Assembly (NCBI GenBank): GCA_965197905.1
Contig: CBDAOB010000003.1
Coordinates: forward strand, 512,001 to 576,000
Origin: Candidatus Latescibacterota bacterium
GTDB taxonomy: Bacteria; Latescibacterota; UBA2968; UBA8231
Direction: 5' to 3'
DNA: 64,000 nt
A program made the translations under genes and the position numbers. Positions 18,933-28,629 of the stretch are shown piece by piece. The notes beneath the pieces are model-generated. The model had not been told where the DNA came from. It searched no databases and saw only the letters and a program-made list of their open reading frames with translations. Every line of letters begins with the position of its first letter. The stretch's first letter is position 1.

Positions 18933-20413
18933 TCAGACGTGCTCCAGGTAGGCGGCGTACAAATAGGCGGCGTCCCATCCCCGACCCTCCCAGGTTACCC
19001 TTAAACGGATCGGATCCGTCAGACCGCTCAGCCGATCGCGTTCCGCCACGTCACGTCCTGGCGCAATCCAGATTCGGCCAACGACACACAGGCGTCTCCG
19101 GAATAGCCGTCGATAGGTCTTAGCTGAAGATCCAGGAGTTCCACTCGTAGCTGCGCTTCAGCCGACAGACCATCGGCGTTCAAAAACACGCGCGTTGGCT
19201 TGTCGCCCAAGCGAACGGGACAGGAGATGAAGTGCGGCGAGGTCCTCTCGAACGTGATCCCCACCGCTGCCAAACCGGCATCCTTCCCCAGGTGCTGTTT
19301 TGGGTCGGGCACCACTTCGAAGTATCCGAGGCGGTCTCGGGGCCAGCGGGAGACACAGACGAATCCACCGCGCCAGGGCGCGTACCAGAACAGGGTCTCG
19401 TCGCCCATGTTCTCGAAACCCTGCCCCTGCTCGAGACACGGCTGGGGATGGGCATGGACCGGGTCGCGGTAGTCGACCTCGTAGGCGGAAACCAGCTGGA
19501 AGTCCGGGATAGGCTCCGCGAACTGCAGGCCGTCGTTACTGACCACGAGCCCCAGATCCATGGAGACAAAGGAGCGGTCGTTGCTCTCCCCGTGCCAGGC
19601 CCCGTATACGCCAATCACCACGTTGCCTCTGTTCCACAAGCTCGCACCGAGATGAACTTGCTCCCCCGCATGAGGACCGGACAACTGTTTGTAGGGCGGG
19701 ACGTCGCGCCGCAGCCCCACCGCCACCGCGTCGGACCAGTGGTCGAAGTCGTAGGAGATGTAGGTCACCAGCGCCCGTTTCGAACCGATGTTGCCACCCT
19801 GGCCATTCATGTAATAGCAGCCGTTGAACTTCATCAGGCCGCCCGGCTCGATGGCATTGTGTTTGAGGATTGGATTGTGGGGTGACTCGGTCCAGGTCAA
19901 GCCGTCGGGGCTGAAGGCGGCGATGATGTGAAACGGATGGATCTCGCTGATTAACTTGAATCGGCGTTCCGGGTCCGGATCTTCCGGATCGTAGAGCACC
20001 AGCAGGGCACTAATCGACTCGCGGTGAGGGCTTTCGAACTGCACCAGATTGTTCCGCTTGTTGCCGTTGAATTCTACCATGCCCAGCTCCGGTTTTTCCC
20101 AATGGAGTCCGTCCTGACTGACGGCATAGCAGATGTGTCGGCCCTGTTTTTCTCCTTCCTCTTCGCCGACCCCGATGTACCACATCCGCAGCTCATCGCC
20201 GATGCGGATAACCGTACCATAGAATTTTATGTCAAGGTGATCCGGAGCCTCGGGGCCGCCTGGCTCCAATACCCTCGGATGAGGTTTGTACGGATTGGTC
20301 GAAGTCACCAGTCCCGGCTGCAGACGATAACGGAGAGGTACGGATCGACTGTCGAAGGGAAAGAGAACCGCTTCTTCCAGATCGAGAGGTGGTCCTCCGT
20401 TTTCAAGGATCAT
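18933..20413 (-). pseudogene. GH32-like beta-propeller paralog with a 1-nt frameshift near the 3' end
   Basis: The ORF stops at 19028. A shifted frame from ~19043 reads ERDRLSGLTDPIRLRVTWEG...YLYAAYLEHV*, matching the paralog C-termini. Confidence 0.75.
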
Positions 20414-20683
20414 CGTTGTTCTCCAATCTCATTCCGCGCTGCCCGGATCCATAGAACGCATCGTCTATCTCTACCGCAGGAAACAAGGAGGCTAGGGCAA
20501 ATAAAAACCCTTACCGTTGGTTGTGACAAGTCGCAACCAAGGCAAGTAGCGCGAATGCCAACAGGGCGGGATTGGAGCCGACACGTTGGCGCCCACTCTC
20601 CTCATTGTCCTATATTCACACACCTTTTCACAAATTGCGTTCGAGTCTATGGGGTGTTTACCCAATTTGTCAAGGAGGGTTCG

Positions 20684-21625
20684 ATGACCCCGGAAGAAAT
20701 CCTGTCCCACCCTGCTCAAGTGCTCACTCAGGAGCAGCGACACTTCTACTTCGACAACGGCTACCTGCTCGTCGAGAGCATCGTACCGGATGACTGGGTT
20801 GATCGCTTACTCGCCGTCACCAATGAGATGGTCGATCACAGCCGATCGATCGAGAAGTCGGATGCCATCTTCGACCTCGAGCCGGGCCACACGGCGGACG
20901 AGCCTCGCTTGCGCCGCCTCACCAGCCCGGTCGAGCAACATCCGACCTACTGGGAGTTTGCGTCTCAGTCGATCGTCGCCGATATCGCTGCGGACCTGGT
21001 CGGTCCGAACGTCAAGTTTCACCACTCGAAGCTGAATTTCAAATGGGCCCGTGGCGGCGAGGAGGTGAAGTGGCACCAGGACATCACCTATTGGCCCCAC
21101 ACCAATTACACCCCACTGACCATTGGCACCTACCTGCATGACGTCGGTGACGATCAGGGCCCGCTGGGCGCCATTGCCGGCAGCCACAACGGGCGGCTGT
21201 TCGATCAATATTCCAATGGAAATTGGGTGGGATGCCTGAGCGAAAACGACGCGCGAGGTATCGATGCGGACAAAGTGGAGTATCTCCCTGGCCCTGCGGG
21301 CTCAGTCACGATTCATAACTGCCGCGTTATTCATGGCTCCAAACCGAATCTCTCCGACCGGGGACGGCCCCTGCTCTTGAATATCTACTCCTCAGCTGAT
21401 GCTTTCACCTACACCGCTAACCCATTGCCTAGCCGCTACGAGGGCACCATCGTCCGTGGACAGGCAGCGCTGTGGGCACATCATGACGAGCGCTCCTGCC
21501 TGGTGCCGCCGGATTGGTCCGGGGGGTATACGTCATTATACGCGATGCAGCAAGGAGAGAACTGGGAAGAGGAGCAGCTGAAGAAGGTGTCGGAGCAGAC
21601 CCAGCAGATGCGTGCCGGGGAGTGA
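20684..21625 (+). CDS. PhyH-family dioxygenase
   Basis: AAGGAGG before ATG 20684; HHSKLNFK, WHQD and IHGS. Confidence 0.9.
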   Translation: MTPEEILSHPAQVLTQEQRHFYFDNGYLLVESIVPDDWVDRLLAVTNEMVDHSRSIEKSDAIFDLEPGHTADEPRLRRLTSPVEQHPTYWEFASQSIVADIAADLVGPNVKFHHSKLNFKWARGGEEVKWHQDITYWPHTNYTPLTIGTYLHDVGDDQGPLGAIAGSHNGRLFDQYSNGNWVGCLSENDARGIDADKVEYLPGPAGSVTIHNCRVIHGSKPNLSDRGRPLLLNIYSSADAFTYTANPLPSRYEGTIVRGQAALWAHHDERSCLVPPDWSGGYTSLYAMQQGENWEEEQLKKVSEQTQQMRAGE

Positions 21626-21777
21626 CGCTTCGGAAAAGACGAGGCCTCGGTCCGACTTACTTCAGACCATGTGAGCATCTGCGGCGTGGTCTGCCCCCAC
21701 TCCGTACCCTTCGGCCTCGTTGTTCGCTCAAATCCGAGTTATCCTTCCACCTCAAGTCTCGTCGATGAATAGCTCCT

Positions 21778-22998
21778 TCATCGTGGACTTTCGGTTTTGA
21801 CCACGAGTTCGCGGGGGCTACTCGTCAGCACCTCGCAACCAGCATCGGTAACGACCGTTGTCTCACTGAACGCCACACCGTACTGACCCAGTCGGCGGAG
21901 AGCAACTGGGTGGTGGAACACCATTCCCGGCTGCAGAATCGTTTCGACACCTGACTCGATGGCAACCGTGCCGTCCCCCCAGGTTGGCGGAAAACCAGCA
22001 CCAACTGCGTACCCGAAATTACCGTGAAAAACATAGTCCTTGCCGGCCTCCCTCATTCCTTGCCAGCCGGCTTGAGCGACGGCGTCGGCGGCTATTCCCG
22101 GTCGGATGGTTTTCAAGACGTTGTTCAGCGCCTGTATACAGGCGTCAGCCATCTTTCTTGCTTCGGCCGGCGGCTCGCCAATCGATATTGTTCGCATCGT
22201 CGGAGCCGTGTAGCGTTGCACGCAGGCCCCCATCTCGAGGAGCACTACGTCGCCATGGCACAAACGATTTCGCTTGTGCGTAGAGTGCAGAATACCTGAA
22301 CGACGGCCGGATGTAACTATCGGCGAGAGACACATATACTCGCTTCCGGCCGCGATCATGGCTTGAGATGCCGCAGCAGCCAGATCGTTATCCGAGGCCT
22401 CTTCTCGCGCAGCATCAATAGCAGCCGCGATTCCTGCATTGGTCATTCGTGCGGCGGTTCGAATATGTTCAATCTCAGCCGATGATTTTATCGTCTTCAC
22501 GACCTCAACCAATCCGGAACCGTCTACCAGCGCCGCCTTTGGCAACTCTGTCCGGAGATGAACCAAAAATTGGGCCGGCACCCCCTGGGTGCTTTTCTCG
22601 ACACCGATGCGGACATCGGAAAGCTTCTTGTCGCGAAGAACGGTCGCCAGGTAACTCTCGCGGCTGCTCTCTGGGGGGTAACATGCCTGGTCTTCGATCC
22701 AGGAGTGCAGCAGCGCTCCCCCTAGCTCGGGAGGATGCACGACAAGGGTTGGTTCACCTTCCAACGGAAGGATCAGACACTCACCCCCGTAGTTCGAGAA
22801 GGTCTGGAAGCCGGAGAGGTACAGGACATTCGGAGGATAGGTCACGAGCAGGGCGTCAATTCCAGATTCACTCATGCCCTTTGTGACGCTGCTGGCACGC
22901 TCGCGGTACTCCGGAACCGAGAACGCCAACTCCCTCGGCAGGTCACCGAGCAATGCGGTAGTAAACCGACCCCCACGCATACTTTTGTGAAGCTGCAT
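21778..22998 (-). CDS. M24 (Xaa-Pro/creatinase-like) peptidase or hydrolase, DoeA-like
   Basis: FSVPEYRER, IKSSAEIE, GYAVGAGFPPTW, LQPGMVFH and FSETTVVT. Confidence 0.8.
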   Translation of the reverse strand: MQLHKSMRGGRFTTALLGDLPRELAFSVPEYRERASSVTKGMSESGIDALLVTYPPNVLYLSGFQTFSNYGGECLILPLEGEPTLVVHPPELGGALLHSWIEDQACYPPESSRESYLATVLRDKKLSDVRIGVEKSTQGVPAQFLVHLRTELPKAALVDGSGLVEVVKTIKSSAEIEHIRTAARMTNAGIAAAIDAAREEASDNDLAAAASQAMIAAGSEYMCLSPIVTSGRRSGILHSTHKRNRLCHGDVVLLEMGACVQRYTAPTMRTISIGEPPAEARKMADACIQALNNVLKTIRPGIAADAVAQAGWQGMREAGKDYVFHGNFGYAVGAGFPPTWGDGTVAIESGVETILQPGMVFHHPVALRRLGQYGVAFSETTVVTDAGCEVLTSSPRELVVKTESPR

Positions 22999-23471
22999 AT
23001 TGCTCAATCCGCGCTGTTGGGCATTGGTCGAGAACCGGATGGATTGCTCGGAGAAGTGAACTACGATCGCGTCAGTGGACGCCGCTCATTCATTCCACCT
23101 CATCGCTCTGCGAGGCTTGTGCTCACCCTGACCCGCGGGTCGATAGTCGGTCAAGCAGGTAGTGCCCGCCGCGACGATCTCCGTTCCAGCCAACTCCTGC
23201 CGGACGTGGACTTTCAGCTACCATATGACAAGCTGGTTGCCGCAACCGCTTTGAAAGGGTAAAAGCAATAGCAAAGTCTACCTCAACGCGCAAGAGGGGA
23301 CGGAACGGCCGCCAATACGAGCAGGAGTTGATATGCCAGGGAACGGTTTGGCTGAGGGAAAGTGGAACAGCCCACGCGGGCGCACCAGAGCGCGACGCAA
23401 CCGTTACCGGAGAGAAGCTGTGAACATATAACGATCGGACCGTCGCCGTCCGATCCGTCGGCTGCGCGTCG

Positions 23472-24980
23472 TTAAGGAGGCTCGGGAGAGTCGAGGCGAA
23501 CGGACGTTGATGGCAGCCAGATCGTGAAACGTGAGCCGGAGCCGGGGGCACTGCTTACGGTTATGCGGCCCCCCATCAATTCGCAGAAGCGCTTCGTAAT
23601 CGCCAAGCCTAGTCCGGTCCCTCCGTACTTTCGAGTAGTCGACGAGTCGGCCTGCGAAAAGGGATCGTAAATAGTTTCAATCTGGCTTGGGGTCATACCG
23701 ATTCCGGTGTCTTCGACCTCGATTTGGAGCCAGCCCTCATCCCTATCATCGCGCTTCACGCGCAGCCAGATCGTCCCCGAGTTGGTGAACTTCGCGGCAT
23801 TGGAAAGTAGGTTGTAAAAGATTTGAAGCAGCTTGGTCCTGTCCGCATGTATCGATCCCAGGTCGGTCGCAATTTCCAGTTCAAGCGTGTTCCCGTTCTG
23901 GTCCACCAACGGTCGACTCGTGGCTACAGCCTCATCCACGACACCGTTTAGATCGAAACTTTCCGGCGAGAGTTCCATGCGCCCCGCCTCGATCTTGGAC
24001 AGATCAAGGACGTCATCGATGAGTCCGAGAAGATGCTTCCCCGCCTGGCCGATTTTCTCGAGATCACTGACGAAGCTTTCAAGCTCCTCGTCTCTGGCGT
24101 CGTCCACCAGCATTTCGCTGTACCCGATGATGGCGTTGAGCGGGGTGCGCAATTCGTGGCTCATGTTGGCTACAAACTCGCTCTTAGAACGGTTCGCGGC
24201 TTCGGCTTCCATGTGCGCCCGCATGGCGATCTCCGCTTCCTGCTCAGCTCTGGACGTCTTTCGCATCCCTGACAACAATAGAGCAAGCAAGCCAAGACCG
24301 GCGCCGGCACCGGCCACCAAAACCGCGGCTGTCCCTGCCAATCCGGCACGCGTTAGCTCCGTGGCTGTCGTCATCGGTACCGACACTTCGAGCACGCCGC
24401 GAACATCTCCGAGGCCCCAATCCACCTTCGGAGAGTCGGGATGCGTGTTGTGGCAGTTCACGCAGGAGCCGCGCAGGACGTCAGCGGTGGCGAACCTCAG
24501 CGTACGGGTTCCTCCAGTCTCATCGATTTGCGTTATCGGCTTGCCGGGAACCTCATTCAGCGTCTTCCAGGCAATGCGGGCGAACTCATCCTTCAGGCCA
24601 CCGGTCTCCTGCCGCCATGGGAATGGATGGGCGCTGTAGAGTTGGACCTGCGCTCCGCTTTGCACACCTATCCGACGTCCCAGCTCCATACTCAGCGTTG
24701 CAGGTAGCGGAATAGCATGTTCGTTCATGAGATAGTCATGGGTAATCTCGATGCCCTGGCGCCGGACGCGGTTTACTACTTCAGCGGTGTAGACAGTCCG
24801 AAATTCCCTGATCGCGGCCGAGACGATGCGCGCAGACTGCAATGCGCTCGCTTCGCTCAAGCTATCGCTTTGTTGCTTTAGACGCAGCAGGATAAGCGAC
24901 GCCGCCACCAAAGCGAAAATGCTCATGAGGACAACGGGATGTACCTGAAACGAGCGGCTGAAAACGGACCAGAAGCGCAT
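23472..24980 (-). CDS. Sensor histidine kinase with periplasmic DUF3365 (c-heme, Tll0287-like) domain
   Basis: Two transmembrane segments flank PLPATL...CVNCH; H-box [11 protein letters not shown]-box [10 protein letters not shown] and GGTGLGL. Confidence 0.9.
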   Translation of the reverse strand: MRFWSVFSRSFQVHPVVLMSIFALVAASLILLRLKQQSDSLSEASALQSARIVSAAIREFRTVYTAEVVNRVRRQGIEITHDYLMNEHAIPLPATLSMELGRRIGVQSGAQVQLYSAHPFPWRQETGGLKDEFARIAWKTLNEVPGKPITQIDETGGTRTLRFATADVLRGSCVNCHNTHPDSPKVDWGLGDVRGVLEVSVPMTTATELTRAGLAGTAAVLVAGAGAGLGLLALLLSGMRKTSRAEQEAEIAMRAHMEAEAANRSKSEFVANMSHELRTPLNAIIGYSEMLVDDARDEELESFVSDLEKIGQAGKHLLGLIDDVLDLSKIEAGRMELSPESFDLNGVVDEAVATSRPLVDQNGNTLELEIATDLGSIHADRTKLLQIFYNLLSNAAKFTNSGTIWLRVKRDDRDEGWLQIEVEDTGIGMTPSQIETIYDPFSQADSSTTRKYGGTGLGLAITKRFCELMGGRITVSSAPGSGSRFTIWLPSTSVRLDSPEPP

Positions 24981-24993
24981 GATGATTTAACTC

Positions 24994-25033
24994 GTTGTAA
25001 GTTCTACTCTCTGGTTGTAAGTTCTACTCTCTG
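24994..25033 (+). repeat. Perfect 20-bp tandem duplication
   Basis: GTTGTAAGTTCTACTCTCTG occurs at 24994-25013 and 25014-25033. Confidence 0.95.
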
Positions 25034-26131
25034 ATAGTTGAAGCAGTAGTATGGTTTGCGCTCGTTCACGGTCTGAAAATCGGTCCATACCAGCCAGAAC
25101 GACTTTCCGTCTGGGGCGATCCACTTAGGTGAAATCTGCGGTTGATATGCCCTTGCCGCCGAATCGCCCTCCGGCACCCACTCTACCTCCTCGTGTACCT
25201 GGGTCCAGGCCCCCCACGGCTCCTTTGCCATCCACAACCCTAGGTATGACGGTTTTCCGAACCACATGCCGTCCTCGTAACATCCCATCCCCCAGTTGAG
25301 CATCATATACTCTCCCATCGCGGCGTTGTAGACGACGCTTGGGTGCCATGCGTACGGATGAACCGTGGTGTTCACCCATCCGCTGGGAAAAGTATGCACC
25401 ACTCCCCGCTTCTCAATGTCGGAGCTCCAGCATGCGGTACCGTCCTCGTTGTGCGCCGCGAAAAACTCGTAACGCTTGCGATCCAATAGACCGTCCCGCG
25501 GAACCCGAAACATGACCAGCTGATTCATGTCTCCTTCCAGATTTCCGTTCGGCGCATAGACGTATACATAGCCGTCTACGTTGGCGGAATAGTTTTGACC
25601 CATCTGAAGCACGGTCAGCAATGAAAAGGTTTCGCCCGGTTCTTCGAAGAAGACCATGTTGCTGCGGTTGCGATCCTCCCAGTCCTCCCATCGGAGTTCC
25701 GAACCGTCCTGATTCTTCCAAGTATCTCCCCCGTTCGGGGAGTAGATTAGCTTGGCTCCGGCAAAGCGTGCCCCGGCAATGGAAAACGGCGTGTTCGGCG
25801 TACTCAGAAACTGATAGACGTGGTCGTCCAGGGCGATGATTCCGAATCCGTAATACCGATTTAACAGGTCCGGCCGCCTGCTCAACAGGTCGGGGAAACC
25901 CGGTAGATGTTCGAACTCCGGCGTGGGGGGCTCGCCGTGGATCTTGAAAACCCGGCTGTTGTAACCTTTGGAGACGTGGCCGCGAATCTCGGGCCATCCC
26001 GAGCCGTCGCACAGACCTACAAACTGCGAACCGTCAGCAGCCCAGGTCATGTGCCAGTTGTCGCCGGCACTCTGACCACCGAGCCGGCCAGTGGTCTCCT
26101 GTAATCGGCGCATTCCCAAAACCTTGGCCAT
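25004..26131 (-). CDS. DUF4185-like beta-propeller protein
   Basis: GDNWHMTWAADG, DGYVYVY, EPWGAW and YQPQISPKWI; AGGAG SD. Confidence 0.65.
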   Translation of the reverse strand: MAKVLGMRRLQETTGRLGGQSAGDNWHMTWAADGSQFVGLCDGSGWPEIRGHVSKGYNSRVFKIHGEPPTPEFEHLPGFPDLLSRRPDLLNRYYGFGIIALDDHVYQFLSTPNTPFSIAGARFAGAKLIYSPNGGDTWKNQDGSELRWEDWEDRNRSNMVFFEEPGETFSLLTVLQMGQNYSANVDGYVYVYAPNGNLEGDMNQLVMFRVPRDGLLDRKRYEFFAAHNEDGTACWSSDIEKRGVVHTFPSGWVNTTVHPYAWHPSVVYNAAMGEYMMLNWGMGCYEDGMWFGKPSYLGLWMAKEPWGAWTQVHEEVEWVPEGDSAARAYQPQISPKWIAPDGKSFWLVWTDFQTVNERKPYYCFNYQRVELTTRE

Positions 26132-26205
26132 GGCTTCTCCTATTTACCTTTAAACCCGGGTGGACCACTTATTGTGCGCGGCGTCGAGTTAAGCACCCGG
26201 ATCAC

Positions 26206-27258
26206 TCAATTCACGCGAACCCGCGACACGAAGATATCGCAACCTTGCTCGAAGTAGTACTCGGCGGCATCGGTGTAGCCGGAATAGGTTTCGCCGTGGA
26301 TCTCGCGCTCAACGGTTACCGGCCGAAAGCTTAGCCCGGGGCGATCGACCCCTCCGTAGTAAACCACCAGCACCTCGTCGTCCCGTTCGGGAACCGCGAT
26401 CATCCCAGGATAACCGCAGTCACCGTCAGGGTACAGAATGAGCGGATCGCCGAAGGCGCCGTTCTCATAAGCGCGCAGCGTGGTTTGGCGTCCCGGTTCG
26501 GAAAGCCATTCTACCCCTGCCATGAGCAGCCTGCCGCTGGCTCGAGCGAGCACCGGCGAGTGTACGACGAATCCCAGTTCTTCCGTACGCCATTCGGTGT
26601 AAGGCGAATGCGCCCAACGCAAGGTATCCAGGTTTCGAAAGTTGCCGCTCTCCCGGGGCGAGAGTCCTAGAGAGACCGCCTCCCCGTCGTCGTCGAAGAG
26701 CAGATCGGGCTGGCTGCCGTACCATCGCGCCACCTCCTGCCACCGAACCGAGTCATCGCTGCGCAGAAGCCAGATGTCGCGGTTGCGCTCGTAGGAGATC
26801 TCGAAGACTGCGGCGTAGAGGTCCCCATTGTGCACCTGTGCGCGCCACAGAAACACCCCCCGTTCAAATATGGGCTGTGGTTCCGACCAGATCAGGCCAT
26901 CCGGCGAGTGCATGATGAAGGCTTGAGAGGTTGAGGCTCTGCCCAGAGGCGCCGCAATGTGAGGATCTGCTTGCATTGCCATGTGCACCACCGCCCACAG
27001 CTCCTCCCGCCATACGAAGAACTTGGCGGGGCCAGATCCCATGAGCTGGAGCTTGTCCAGGGGTGCGATCCCCCGCGGCTTTTCCCACTCTCCGGCCGTG
27101 AGATCGGTCGAGCGGGCATAAACCGGTCGATGTCCCGGCTGAGCATGCCACCAGCCGCTCTTGAAGAAGACATACCACCGGTTCTGGAATACCGCCAGAT
27201 CCGTCCAAGCGTTGTGATGACCGTCGCCGAATACCTTCTTTGTCTCTACCAGTTCCAT
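26206..27258 (-). CDS. Sialidase-like beta-propeller protein
   Basis: HNAWTDL, SPDGLIW and GDCGYPG. Confidence 0.65.
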   Translation of the reverse strand: MELVETKKVFGDGHHNAWTDLAVFQNRWYVFFKSGWWHAQPGHRPVYARSTDLTAGEWEKPRGIAPLDKLQLMGSGPAKFFVWREELWAVVHMAMQADPHIAAPLGRASTSQAFIMHSPDGLIWSEPQPIFERGVFLWRAQVHNGDLYAAVFEISYERNRDIWLLRSDDSVRWQEVARWYGSQPDLLFDDDGEAVSLGLSPRESGNFRNLDTLRWAHSPYTEWRTEELGFVVHSPVLARASGRLLMAGVEWLSEPGRQTTLRAYENGAFGDPLILYPDGDCGYPGMIAVPERDDEVLVVYYGGVDRPGLSFRPVTVEREIHGETYSGYTDAAEYYFEQGCDIFVSRVRVN

Positions 27259-27443
27259 GGCTCACTTCCTAATTCCTCACTCTAAGGTTGGAACAGCGAG
27301 TTGATCTTGCGGTACAAACGATCGCACGAACTACGCAGGCCAAGGACATGCGCCCAGAAGAAACGGCAGCTGGGCAGGCTTAACTTTGGCGAAATCATCA
27401 CTATTTTCAAGCTCTCTCTGTAGAATTCACTTAATTTGTGGGT

Positions 27444-28505
27444 ATGAGCACCTCTGGCAGTACCGAACATCGCAAAGCCGCCCGCCGCGCCGGGTTGATG
27501 TATGTGACCGACGGAGTGCCTGGCATCACTCGCCGCCGTGCCGGCAAAGGGTGGTCCTTCAGCAAACCCGGCGGGGGTCGCATAACTTCGGCCAGGGAGC
27601 GGCAACGCATTCTCTCGTTGGCCATTCCACCTGCGTGGACCGACGTCTGGATCTGTCCCGATTCCAAGGGCCACATACAGGCCACGGCTCGTGATGCCAA
27701 GGGCAGAAAACAGTACCGCTACCACCCAGACTACCGCGAGTCCCGCGAGCGCTCGAAGTTTCGTCGCATTCTCGAGCTCAGCGAGGTTCTGCCATCCATC
27801 CGCGAACAAGCCGAAACCGATCTCCGCGCCCCTGAGCTGAGCCGCCGCCAAATTCTCGCTACGGCCGTCCAGCTGTTGGACAAGACGCTTATCCGCGTTG
27901 GCAGCGACGAATATGCCAGAGAGAACCGGTCCTTCGGATTGACGACGTTGCGCAGCAGACATGTCAAGATTGAAGGTTCCGAGCTGCGTTTCACCTTCCG
28001 CGGAAAAAGCGGCGTGCAGCATGCGCTTTCTGTCCGAGACCGACGCATCTCCCGCATCATCCAACGCTGCCAGGATCTGCCGGGGCAGGAGCTATTTCAG
28101 TATATCGATCCTGAGGGAAGGCGAATTACGATCGCATCGGATGATGTCAACGCATATCTTCGCGAGATCGCCGTCAGCGATGTCACCGCGAAGGACTTCC
28201 GCACCTGGGGAGGAACGATGCTTGCCGGCACGGAGTTGCGCTCCATGGGACCAACACTCACCAAACGCGATGCGACTAGCAATATCAATGCTGCCTTAGA
28301 CGCGGTCGCCCAACGTTTGGGCAATACGCGCGCGGTATGCCGAAAGTACTACGTACACCCCGCTCTGTTGGATGCGTATCTTGAAGGTCGCACGGCAGCC
28401 GCCTCGAAGAAAGCGGTCAAGCGAGGCGCTCGGGGGAAGCAACCGGTGGCTGCGCTGCGCCTGGATGAGGTAGCCATTCTACAGTTTCTGCAGGATCTGC
28501 TGTGA
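27444..28505 (+). CDS. Bacterial DNA topoisomerase IB
   Basis: AIPPAWTDVWI, GRKQYRYH, IRVG, FRGKSG, AKDFRTW, LGNT and catalytic CRKYY. Confidence 0.93.
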   Translation: MSTSGSTEHRKAARRAGLMYVTDGVPGITRRRAGKGWSFSKPGGGRITSARERQRILSLAIPPAWTDVWICPDSKGHIQATARDAKGRKQYRYHPDYRESRERSKFRRILELSEVLPSIREQAETDLRAPELSRRQILATAVQLLDKTLIRVGSDEYARENRSFGLTTLRSRHVKIEGSELRFTFRGKSGVQHALSVRDRRISRIIQRCQDLPGQELFQYIDPEGRRITIASDDVNAYLREIAVSDVTAKDFRTWGGTMLAGTELRSMGPTLTKRDATSNINAALDAVAQRLGNTRAVCRKYYVHPALLDAYLEGRTAAASKKAVKRGARGKQPVAALRLDEVAILQFLQDLL

Positions 28506-28629
28506 ACATAACCAAGGAAAAGATCAGCTGTTCTTCGGCGTAGCGCCCTTCGCTTAGCAGGCTTGTCACGCTACGAGCATTCTTGTCCACCGAAACGCCC
28601 CATTGAGGGCTTATCCTAGAGCAAAAGAA

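Noticed and set aside
20024..20683. Long N-terminal extensions in the ORF track (also 13570..15309, 45366..47624 and 655..2637)
   Set aside because: They overlap neighbouring genes; SD sites or homology support later starts.
23265..23340. c-di-GMP-I-like AATAGCAAA...GGACGGAA
   Set aside because: The second stem is missing and there is no downstream gene on that strand.
24994..25033. TTCTACT-containing repeat resembling a Cas12a CRISPR repeat
   Set aside because: Only two abutting copies, no spacer and no cas genes; it lies at a CDS end.
28539..28575. CGTAGCG...CGCTACG as a REP element
   Set aside because: Only a 7-bp stem and no second copy seen in the window.
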